A model generated the notes under the pieces. The model did not search any database. It was not told the DNA's origin and saw only the letters and a list, made by a program, of their open reading frames with translations. Below, in pieces: positions 40,547 through 51,978 of a DNA stretch of 64,000 nucleotides. This stretch comes from Mizuhopecten yessoensis (taxonomy: Eukaryota). A program made the position numbers and the translations under genes. The DNA lies in NCBI RefSeq assembly GCF_002113885.1, contig NW_018405598.1:1-64000 (forward strand). Reading direction: 5' to 3'. The first letter of the stretch is position 1, and each line of letters begins with the position of its first letter.

Positions 40547-43283
40547 GTAAGTGTCAATCATAGCTTCAGTATAAATATCAAGTTTAAAACTAATATAGAG
40601 GCATGAAAACTCCCTGAAAAAACATCAAGGAAAGAATTTGTATGTCCAATGTTCATGAGTTATATGTTTTCAAACAACAATTTGTTGGTAAGCGTAAACA
40701 TTTCTGATTTTAACATTGTCAATATTTATTCATGCATTTTCAATCAACGTTTTAGGTGTCCTATGATTCCATAAAACTCAGTAAGATATGATGTTTACAA
40801 AAACAGCTACATGTATCGTAACCCGTGATTGTAGAAACTGATTTGAAGAAGTTTAAATGTACATAAACGGTCTTTTTCATTAACCGCTGCCACTAATTCT
40901 CTGATCCCGATACGGTTAGTAACAAAAGACTGGTTGTATGGCTGATAACTTTTGTTTGTTTAAAGCAACATTGTTCTGGAATGAAAATTAAAATACAAAT
41001 ATTCATGTTTAATTCATAAGTCTTAAACGTTATTGCTACTGAGATTAAGTATATTATTTGTAAAAAAAGAAAACACTAAATCTAATATCATCATTTCTTC
41101 AATATTGTTATGCTTTAATGATACATGTAGTTCAATAATCTTAATTTTATGATGTCAGTTGTGTTTAGTCTTCTTTTACGCGCAATTTTCCATAACAAAT
41201 GTTACACAATAACGAAGTTAGATAATGTACCTTAAAGTTAGTATACACTTTTTAATTTACAACAATTATGAAACAAATAAAACTTAAAGTTGTCCAGTAT
41301 AACATTTTAAGAATTATTGTTTTTGCTAATGACTGTTTACTCAGCCTTGACTTAATACATTTTATATATGCTACAATATAGTTATCAATTGTAGCGAAAA
41401 CCAAAGAAGGTATGCTAATGTAATTTCTTTTAGGTTAGAGACAAGACTGGCTAGACTTTATGTTATCCTGCTGTTCCTTTGTTCTATTCCTCCTCAATTC
41501 ATTTGGTAACCTTGAGTTCTGTTTATGTGTTGATGATATAATATTGTTTAATTTTACCACATACTTATACTCCATTTTTAAACATAAAACAATCGACATG
41601 AAAACCTTCGATGATTTGATGGCACCTACGGACTGTCCAATTAAGTGTTTTATTATCCTGCATTCACGTTAAATAAGATTTGCAAATATATTTTTCGACA
41701 GGTATTGACAAAATATCCGCTTAAGATTGCATTAAATTGTTGTTTACGTATTGTTTTAAATTTTAAAAAGTCTAAACTAATCAAACTATCCGTTTGTTTT
41801 AGCAGTTATATATGTGAAAAAGATCGATTTATCAATACACTGATCCACCTGTTTTTTATGTTTTACACGAACGTTGAACACTTGTCATGTCATAACTAAA
41901 ACATACTGATGTATAATTCCCAAGTCGCCGTATAGATGTATCGACATCTATGCCTCTCCACCCATAACAAGAATAACTCAAACAAGAAATGTGAGTGAAA
42001 TGGCCACCCAAAGGGTGACATTATATTTATTATACTGATTAAGCCACCATGTGGCTTCTATCAAAAACTTAAGACTATACAAAGTGGTTGCAAATATATC
42101 AAACATGGTAGCAACTACAATCAAAATATAACTAAGAACCTTAGCTAGCCTAAGTGGGGTTGCCAAAAAACGCCACAAAGACATTCATGGAACACCCCAC
42201 ATGAATCAAAGAATGTTTGATATAATAACATGATAGTCATTTTTATTTTCAATTTAAACTGTTTGTTTAAAGAATATGCTTTAATGTTATCTATTTATTG
42301 AAACGTTTTTCATTTTTTTGTAGATATATCATATTGATATAAAACAAAAGTATGTCCTTTGACTTCAGCTTTTTAACCATTTAGGAATTCTGAATACGGG
42401 TTCTTACGAAAAGTAACAAAAGAATGCTTAGTATAAAATACATATATAATGTGGGACACGATATTTCTAATACATGATCTTAATTTTCAGTCTGTGAAGC
42501 GTGTTACCTGCTAGTTAAGATATTTTCATTGTCTTATCTCTTTTAACCTGCGAACAAAAATGCTATAATGAATAAGAGAGATAGTTTTAATCTACAGTTT
42601 ATGTTTTAATATCCCATTCCATTTAAAACGTTAATCAAATACCCACATAAACTGATGTCGTATTATTTTTCAATTATCCTGTGTCTTTTAACTGACATAA
42701 ATGGAAGCTGATCTATCAACATATAGTTATTATATATAAACAAAAAAATATGCTGTGGGAATGGGGCATTATGGTATGAGCTGTCTGCTCTGAACTACTC
42801 CACGGGGAGACATCTTATAGATTGGCGTGTCCAATGGATGCCATAGCTGATTACGTGTAGGTAAATTAGAATACACCTGTTTACTCGACATGTGTACTTA
42901 TAGGATACCTAACCACTACAGACATCGGCCGATGCCTTCAGATATACCGACGTTTAGTTTCCAGAGATTGTGTTTATATCAGTGTACAACTTATGCATTT
43001 GGTTGAGTGTTATCGTGTTTGATGAACATTCGATTGACATTTAATTGAAAATAAATATTTTGTGCCAAGCATAAATTTGTGTTTTGTGGTTAACTTTGCT
43101 GGTGGGAAGACATTGTGAAAGTGAACTTATTAATTTCGTATGTACAAACTGGATAGTATGCCCCTTATTATAACATAACATCAGATTTGATCAACATGCG
43201 CACTGTTACATCAAAGTGTATCTCTGCTGCAGAATCAGGAATAGGTGTTGACATTGAAACAGGTTGCCAGTCCAGTACTAGCA

Positions 43284-43422
43284 ATGAGTACCGTTAGTAC
43301 GGACAACGTGTCAAGCACATACACCACCACTAACATGGGTGTCGGAAGCATTGGACCGATCACCTGGGACGATGCTACATGGATCCTTACAAGCTCGTTT
43401 ATTATTTTCACAATGCAATCAG
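43284..43422 (+). CDS. amt: Ammonium transporter (Amt/Mep family), coding exon 1
   Basis: MSTVSTDNVSS...WDDATWILTSSFIIFTMQS(G) is the typical metazoan Amt TM1. Phase-1 donor G|GTAAGA. Confidence 0.9.
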
Positions 43423-45841
43423 GTAAGAAACGAACTCCATTAATTAATTCAAGCTTTCCCAAATCTGTTCAATATGCGAAATACGCAATGTATCCCAACT
43501 ACAGTCTAAAATATTTTAATTGCCCTAGTTTCATCCCAGGACCCAAACCCATTGTAATGTCAATTTGGAACATTGGTTTTAACATCTTGTTGTTACAAGC
43601 TGACTCTTGAATGTTGTAAGTTACTTTGTTGTATATTTTGCATCAATTTGATATCACATATACACAAACTATGAACATCTTACCTTAGCTATTACTTGAT
43701 GTTGTAAGTTTGCTGTTACCAATTGGTACGTATCTTACAAGTATGGAAAGGGAAAATACCAAAGAAATAACCAGGTTTTTTCCTGATATGTTACAAGTGT
43801 TATAACAGCGATCGTGACGTCACAAGTCATAAATAAATCCTGATATTTCGATGGGGCGGTTTAATCTCCCACTATCCCCACATATTACAGTACCAGACAT
43901 TACAGAGTTTAGTCGGTAATTTCCCGTTTGTTTTACATAGTTTAGTAAATTACATAATAAAACTAGTTTCAAATTCATTCCATCACTATCTTTCACAACT
44001 CACGCTTAGTTGATATGAAAATAATTATATGGAATGTTGTGATCATTTTTCTTCTATCGCAAGATTTTAATAACACGTTTCCAAATGATTTCCTCAGCAT
44101 TGTCATACTTATTTCCATTATTTGTTGTATTTCAATGTGAGCTTCCCAATAAAATGAATTTAGGGGAGAGTAATAATCATTAAATACGATAAACACGGGG
44201 ACTGCCTTGGGTTTTGCTCCAGTTACCGAATGAGTGTTTCATGTCCCAATCCTTCACCCCAGACCTGAAGGCGTACTTTTCTTTTATTCCAATCACCAGT
44301 TTAGCTTACCATGTTTCGCAAAAAAAAAAAGTTTAAATAGGAAAATTAAACCAAATTATGAATTATATGTTAATTAACCTTTAATTTCAATTTTACCGCT
44401 TCGGTAGTTTCTGCTTCGGATTTTTTCCGAAATAGTCACTCACGTGAGTTTGATCACATTTTGACTTTAGAATAAGATTATTTTTCAAATGTCTGATTTT
44501 TACACGCTTTGATTACAATATGATTGTATTGAAGCTTTCATTGTTTCTTTGCTTCTGTCTCAACAGTAGTTTAGACACTTTGTTTTCCAACGTTTTGGCC
44601 CTTAGCTTCACCAGGATGAAACATCTGTATGGTGCAGTGTAATTCATTTTTGGTATATTATATCTACTGCAAAATGTGATAGGTGCAATGGCCTGTGTGC
44701 GTCTCACGTTCATCATTCCTCAGTTTAAGCAACCCAGGAGTTTGTAATTAAAGTGCAAAAAGGAAATAATGTACCAGCAACAATGTTCTTCTCACGAATA
44801 CTAGATATATAATAACAGAATTAGTATTATAACCGGGATTACATTTAGTATCGATGAAAATGACCTTCAATGAGGAAACAAACCATTTATAATAAATACA
44901 AACAATATATTTGCTAGAAACTTTCTCCACAACTTTTGCTTCTTAAGAAAGTCCAAATAATTGATGCAGGGACATAGCTTTCATTTCATCATATTGTTAA
45001 TCAGTTATATCTCTCGACAAAAATAAGCAAGAGTAGTTGCTCATGTAAATATTTTACCCGCAAATAACAGTCAGTCAGACTGCACAGGAGATATGTAGTA
45101 GTAACTAATTCAATTAAGGAATGATCTATGGATGGATTGGGTTTTACATCTGCACAACAGAGAATGTCAGACGACGGCGGTGTCCACAGATAACTGGGCC
45201 ACTGACGAACAATTGTAAAATGTCATATCATTGAAGATTCAATGACTTGTCTAAAAACAGTCTAAAAAGATTCGCCATTCCGTCACGTTGTTCTAGCTAT
45301 GGGATAAACAGAGCTGTACAGGGAGAATTAACCAAAAAGGAAGAAAGGGAAAATAAATGAAAGGATCCAAATGTGCATAAGCGGAGGCAAATAAACTTTG
45401 GTTTATTATGTGTCGTCATCAAGAAAACAAAAGGGTCAAAACATCCTAAGCGTGCATGACCCCTGCACCCAGAGGTCACCTATAAAAGGCATGACAATTC
45501 GTGCCAGCTCACTCATTCAAAGATAATCTTTTGTTGGCAAACTGACCGGACTAAAGGGTCAGAAAAACCGATAGGTTGTAGAGGGTAACTTCACCGTCCA
45601 GCCTTCGGGCTTTCATTACGGAGAATCCCTCTCATCCATCGCAAGCTTGGATGAGGGGGGGGGATTATCCTACATTTCAAGCCCTACGGCTTGCCCGGTT
45701 AATTTGCATGTTCAAAGTGTTTGACAACAAACATCAGTAAATGTGAAAACTAATAGAGAACCCAAGATAACAAAACTTAGTTCAATTATTTTAATCATGT
45801 AAAATTTACAAATAAATTCAAAATTCATATCTTCGCCACTT

Positions 45842-46820
45842 CTACTCGGCCACTGTTGCACCCCCAAAGTTCATACGGTTCCCGTTTGCTGCAACACCCT
45901 CAGCAAACGAAGTTTCTGCTGTAGGTTCCACATCCCGTAGGTAAAACCTCCGGAATGTCTGAGACGATCTCCATGATGCGGTTTCCAAAATCGCCTTCAG
46001 CGAAGTTCCAGCCGAAAAGGCAGCTGATGACGCTGCTCCCCTCACCGAATGTGGCTTGAATCCCTCATTCACTCCTGCCTCTGTCATGGCACTGCGAATC
46101 CACCTCGCCAACGTGGAAGTGGATACCGATGTCCCCTGTTTGAAAGAGACTAACAGTTTATTAGACTTGCGTATAGAAGCTGTTCTTTCAAGATATTCCC
46201 TTAGCAATTTTATAACACAAAGTTTCGGATTGGAATATTTCATCAATTTTACCTTATAAAAAGGATCCGAACGTTTAGATATTTTCATGATCATTAACTC
46301 AGGGATAGTAAAGACTATCGAGTCACCCAAATCCTGCATGTATTATACATCCAGGTTAACCAATGTCTGTGCCCTGTGTGCCGATACCAACGCTATCAAA
46401 CAAGTCAATTTTTTGGTCAACATTCTAGATTCAATTGCGGGAATAAAGTTTCCTAATACTTCAACAAAATAGAAACATCCCATGTCGTGGAATACCTAGG
46501 TTTAGGGGGTTTTGCGTGAAAAGCCCCTTTCATGAACCTTGAAATGACCAAATTCCCAATCAGCCCAGTATTACCTAACAGAGCTGTGGTCTGTACCAAA
46601 ATACATTTATGGGTGTTTATGAGTTAAACAAATGTGTCAAATACTCTATTACCTGCGAGACAGTGGGACAATTGGCACCGACCTGTCTCTAATCACACCA
46701 AGACACCCAGTTTTTCCAGGCCAAGTCATATTGCCTAGCTGTCGATCTCTTCCATGATGAGAAGACCAGCATGGCAGCTTGTTTCGATAGGCCTATCCTT
46801 TGCAAGGATCTCCCGATACG
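45842..46820 (-). pseudogene. DIRS tyrosine recombinase (disrupted)
   Basis: N-terminal SSWKRSTARQYDLAWKNWVSWC and catalytic-region motifs SAHRAQTL, FKPHSVRGAASS (HxxR) and ASWRSSQTFRRFY (W...Y). Stops and frameshifts lie between 46340 and 46690. Confidence 0.9.
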
Positions 46821-47179
46821 CAACAAGCGATCACTCTCAAACTCTTTGCTAGAGGATGTGGTTCGCCCTGCGGGGATAGAAGAAGTCCCCGCCAACTGGG
46901 CAACCGAGCTGGCGCAGCAACAACAACGTCTAATAGCGTAGGTAGCCATACCTGGTTTCGCCACAAAGGAACTACAATTATCGCTAGACTCACCTTGTCT
47001 TCCTTTATCTTTTGCAAGGCCCTGGCTAACAGGCTGAAAGGAGGGAAAATATAAGGTGTAAGCCCATTCCATGACAACATAAATGCATCGTAACACATAG
47101 CATGTGGATCTGGCATCCAAGATAAAAATTTGTCCAGCTTATAATTAAGTCTACTCGCAAACAAATCAATGTCTGGCAT
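46793..47179 (-). pseudogene. DIRS Dam-like (N6-adenine) methyltransferase domain at the C-terminus of pol
   Basis: PDIDLFASRLN...DAFMLSW...YIFPPFSLLARALQKI...IVVPLWRNQVWLP is the characteristic DIRS1 MT-like domain. It overlaps the YR 5' region in another frame. Confidence 0.85.
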
Positions 47180-48557
47180 AAAAAAATGCCCACAAATTCT
47201 GTTGAATATCTCTGTATGTAATGACCACTCTCCTGATGATTATAATGCTCTAGACAGGAAATCTGCCACCACATTTTCTGACCCTTGAATATGACATGTT
47301 GACAGATGAATACTTCTATCCTCACACCAAATCCAAATAGCTTTAGCTAACTCATTCAACAGAGCTACATTACCACCAGGTTTATTAACATATGCTATAG
47401 TATACGTATTATCCGACCTTATCCTAAAACCCCTGGGTTCCTATCTCCCCCAGTTTGGCCCCCATCCTACGAGAGAGGCTCAGTTTCAATGACAACTTCC
47501 GGTTCACTAGGTCTAATACTCCTACCATTCATGCTGTCTATGTTATCGATCCACCAGCAAATCTCATTTCTAGACTGATCCGATAAAATTATAAAATCAT
47601 CGTAATCCTTGCCCTTGTGCAAGTGCCCAGTCTTTTCTCGTTCTGTGATTCTATAGAACAAACCTGATAATCTAACCGCTCTCAAAGCAGAGGTAAATAG
47701 ACCTACCAAACTTGCCAACTATCTTAACCTGACTTGACTTTTGTCTAATACCGTCTTGCAGTATTTACTTATCTTTTCTATCTTTTCCTTAGGAAGAGAT
47801 ACTGTGAAAGCAATCGAATTGATCAGATAACCAAGATGAACTATAACATTGTTCGCCACCATCATAGACTTCTCGTGATTAATTTGGAAACCTGCCTGTA
47901 CGAAGTTGCTAGCCAACATCTCACAATTGCTTTCGCACACCTCTTTATCTCTATCCTTGACCAAAGAGTCATCAATGTAATAAAATGCTACTACCCCCAG
48001 GCTCCGTACTTTAGCAAATATAGGTTTCAAACCCTTAGTGAAGACCCGACGGGCGCTAGTAAGGCCAAAAGGTAAAGATATAAACTCATAGAGACCACCT
48101 CTCCATCTAAATTTGAGGTATTTCCTATCTTCCTCATCAACCGGTATGCTTAAATATGCATCCTTTAAGTCTATCGACGTGAAGAAATCGCCTCTTTCCA
48201 CCGACTCGAGTACCACCTCTAGTGTTTCCTGTTTAAAATGGTGATACACAATACACTCATTTAATTTCCATAAATTTATTACTGGTCTGAATTTACCATT
48301 CTTTTTCTGTACTAAGAACAAGTTGGACACAAATTCCCCTTGTTCGCTCTGTGATTTTCTCACTGCCCCTTTTCTCAATAGCTCCTCTACTTCATAATCT
48401 ATCAATTCCATCTCATTGTTATCAAAAGCTATGGGACTTGGATTCCATGTCTGTACTGGAATTTCCTCAAACTCTAGTTTCAGCCCTTGGACTGTTTCTA
48501 GTATCCATTTATCATCAGTGATCCTCTGCCAATACAACAATTTCGATTTCAACAGAC
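47180..48557 (-). pseudogene. DIRS reverse transcriptase / RNase H (disrupted)
   Basis: RT motifs KKNGKFRPVINL, SIDLKDAYLSIP, LPFGL and YYIDD. In-frame TAG at 47719. The RNase H ETDAS-GWGA motif is frameshifted (~47480), the segment before SDNT is deleted, and NVVADFLSR is retained. Confidence 0.93.
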
Positions 48558-48583
48558 CTGAAGGTAAAGATCCACCTACCTTG

Positions 48584-49881
48584 CTATCTAGTCCCTCTGT
48601 TTCCGTGGACCGCTTTGCTGGTGGTTTCCACTTGCTTGGTATTGGGGTTTCTTGTACCCGTACCCTCGGCCCCTCGGAGCCTGGTAGCCGTGCCGTAAAA
48701 AAGGACGTGATCGTCCGAGTCCACGGCCCCTCTGTCCGTTCTGGTGGTTACCACCTCAGGCACCTCTGCCCCTGTTCTGTGCATGCTGGTTCATTCCGCT
48801 AAACGCCTTCGCCGTTTCGTTTAATTCTTTAACTTTTTTCCCCAGCTCGTCTCCGAACAATTGCGTTGAAATTGACATGTCCTTAGCACAAATGGCTTGA
48901 TAAGCCACCGGCAGTGCCGGTCTCATGAAATACCTTCTCTTCACCGAGATGGTCTGAAAAGCATTACCAACCAAAGCCAAAGCGTCCACACAAAGTGTGC
49001 GAAGCGTATCTCTAAATTGGGGCAAGCCCATTAACGCCTCTGTAAGTTTCAATACCGGTACTAAGCCCGAGCCTAGATATTTCTGTATCTCCTGCAGTTG
49101 CACGTCTTTCTGCTGTATTGGCTTTGGTAATTTCCCCCATATTTCAGGCTTACAACGTGGTACAGTAACACCCAGACAGTTCTGCGGTACAAATATTTCT
49201 CTATAATCTTACCTACCTCCGCATTTTTAGTGTACGACGTGTTAACTAATCGGGCAAACCCTTCGTGAGCCCCCGGTCCATATTTCTGTTCCCCAAAAAT
49301 TTCGGGCATATCGATTCCTTCAGCCACTGTGGCCGGGAAAATATCCGAATATATGTCGTCCATGTCCCCATTGGACGCAGCCCCGCTGATGGGTACAATA
49401 CCCTGGACACATTCATCTCAAACGGGGTCCTCATCTCAGTATATCAAACTCGAACCCATCGGGTCCATGTCTAAAATTGGTATCGTAACACGTGGTACCA
49501 CCGGTACGTCCTGTACCAAATGATCCCCGGAACCTCGTTCACGGGAAAGGCAGGCAATACGAGCCTCTACCGCCATTAACCTGGAAGCCATTTCGTCAGT
49601 TCGTACCTTTTTTGCTCCTCCGGCTTGCGTTGGGGCTCCTAAAGCCGCCGAAGCCACTCGTTTCATGCCGGCGCCCCCATTACCTACATAAGCGTAAGGG
49701 GCCTCGCCGCTTAGCACATCACCAAGTACATGTGCTTCCGGCTCCGGGACATCGTCCGCGGAAGGCTGTCTATTATGATTCGAGACGAAAAAATCGTCAC
49801 AGCCGTCTGCTTCATCCTCTGCGGGATGAAGCGAGATATTGTCATCGACCGACTCTTCGTCGTTACCAAAGTAACCGACAT
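48584..49881 (-). pseudogene. DIRS gag-like ORF1 (stops and frameshifts)
   Basis: Acidic N-terminus, then VPQNCLGVTVPRCKPEIWGKLP...DVQLQEIQKYL...DALALVGNA...KRRYFMRPAL...LFGDEL, typical of DIRS ORF1. Confidence 0.8.
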
Positions 49882-50309
49882 GTTCTTACCTTTCACCGTG
49901 GATATGTTGCGCCCCGGTTCACACGAACCATCACGGCCTCGTGTACTGTAATACAGTCTACTGTAGAACTGTAATAATACCGTATTCTATTTACGTCTGA
50001 ATGACAGACAGAACAACCTGTCTTATTCTGTGCGCGCACCTGAATGACATAAAAGTAAGCTGGCACGAGTTGTCATGTCTTTTATAGGTGACCTCTGGGT
50101 GCAGGTGTCATGCACGCTTAGGGTGTTTTTAACCCTTTGAAGGTCAGTCGCGCACCTAATAGGTGGCAAGTATGCAAATTAACCGGACAAGCCGTAGGGC
50201 TGGAAATGTAGGAGAATTACAAATAGTAGCTACTGAATCAGGATCTTTTAGAATTTTTTTCCCTAACACTTCCCTCACCTGTAATTTGTTTTATGTATGA
50301 CTGTTATAG

Positions 50310-50378
50310 GTTTTGGACTTTTGGAGGCAGGATTTGTTTGCGGGCAAAATCATGTCAACTATATGTGCAATCCTCCTG
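50310..50378 (+). CDS. amt: Candidate alternative Amt exon, diverged duplicate of the exon 2 5' segment ((G)FGLLEAGFVCGQNHVNYMCNPP)
   Basis: Acceptor TGTTATAG|, donor G|GTGAGA, 69 nt, phase 1-1. It is identical to the exon 2 start at 13 of 19 residues, with 7 synonymous codon differences. Confidence 0.65.
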
Positions 50379-51978
50379 GTGAGACTTCCAAATTAATCGG
50401 ATACACTATTTTATATTGGTTAATTTTGTTCTCCTTTCCTATTCTGAATGTTGGATTTGACACTACTGTTTGAACAGGCATCGCTTATTGAAACCAATGA
50501 AATATATTAAATGCGTATGCATAAAAAGTAAAACACACACACTTAAAGTCCCATTTTTCTCACAAATACATATCACAAGCTTATTCACATTCATGTATAC
50601 AACTTTTGTTATGATAAGAACACAGTATGATCAAATCCGTATTAGAAAACCCAAGAAATCACATCGAATACAAAAATTTCACTGCCTATTACCTTCGAAA
50701 AGATTCAATTTCACTGCCAAATGTACATTCAACTTGTTAGAGTTTGACTTGATGTGGTTTTCTAGAATACATTACACCGTGAAAACGATGCCACAGCAAC
50801 CAAATACACGGATACAGCCGCAGAAAATGTAATTGGTAACAGTTTTTTACCATGTACCCATAATTACATGTTATGTTGCTGTAAAGTTTCTGTAACCTTC
50901 GAAAAGATTCAATCCATCTTACTACCAAAATTAGATATCATAGTTTTTTAAACTTATAGTCTTATATGACCTTTCCTTAAAATCAAATTTCCTCTATGTT
51001 CGATTCGTGTATGCCTCTCGTTACAATTCCCATCACTTCGAACAAGTTCGGACGATTCGAATCTTTCATATACTCACACCGAACATATCTGGTGGACACG
51101 CATGATTATTTTGTTATTAACCATCATGCGAGAACAGTTCTCTGAATGTCTTGTTTAAGGTCGGTAAATGTTAAATCCAACATTATTGGATTGTCTTTGC
51201 TTAAAATATCATTTTTGTCAAGCACGATTTTGTAAGTGCACTAGCTTTCTGTGTTCACCTTTTCTAACTAACAGTTACAGAGTGGGTAAAAAGAACGAAT
51301 TTATTGTATTGTCCGTGTAAGGCAAACTATTCCCCGAGGGCGTATGCTTCAAATTTGTGATTTTTAGTGAATTATAAATGACTACTCCATTACCTGAACT
51401 GTTTTATCATAACGACGCAAACTATTTGATTGTGTTGACCTTTTCCATTGTTGTTTGTAATCAACTGTTGTTTGCCTTGGGAAATATACCTGATCGAGGG
51501 TGTACTAAAAGCCTGCTATGATACCGAATAATAAAACTAAAATATATACCGAAATCTCTCTGTCATGTTTTGTTTCACCGATACAAATTACAGACTTTTT
51601 TTTAAATCCCTTACCAGAAATTGAGAAAACCTGTCAAAAGCTATATATTAAATTATCCACTCTGTCTGCAGTGATATCTTAAAAGACCGATAACAAAGAC
51701 GTTGGGGGTACGGAGTTAAGTTGGAATACTAGCGTGGCGCTCTGACATGCTATGGACGGGGCGATTGGAACGTGATTGTTATGATCATCATAACAAGGAA
51801 ATTGTCCTGAAACGATAGCCTGGTAAAATGAGCTATTTTAGCTGGATATATCATCTATCGATTTCGGATATATTGTATTAATTGTATGTAAGAGTATTAA
51901 CAAATGTATCGTAAAATCTATATACTATTTGTTACTTTTATATATCGATATCACAATGATGAACCTTTTATATTTAAG

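Larger units (their letters stand above)
45322..50219 (-). mobile_element. DIRS1-type tyrosine-recombinase retrotransposon, near full length and inactivated, antisense in Amt intron 1
   Basis: Gene order is gag-RT-RNase H-methyltransferase-YR. Inverted repeats at 45430-45513 and 50054-50138. An internal complementary region (45664-45709) matches the 5' terminus (50172-50217) at 43/46 nt. GGAGAATTA occurs at both boundaries. Confidence 0.93.

Noticed and set aside
45597-45620. SECIS element (AUGA...GA on the minus strand)
   Set aside because: The helix above the core is only 4 bp (about 11-12 needed), and there is no selenoprotein context.
49492-49974. 160-aa + strand ORF and other + strand ORFs inside the DIRS element
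   Set aside because: Antisense shadows of the GC-richer gag/pol sequence.
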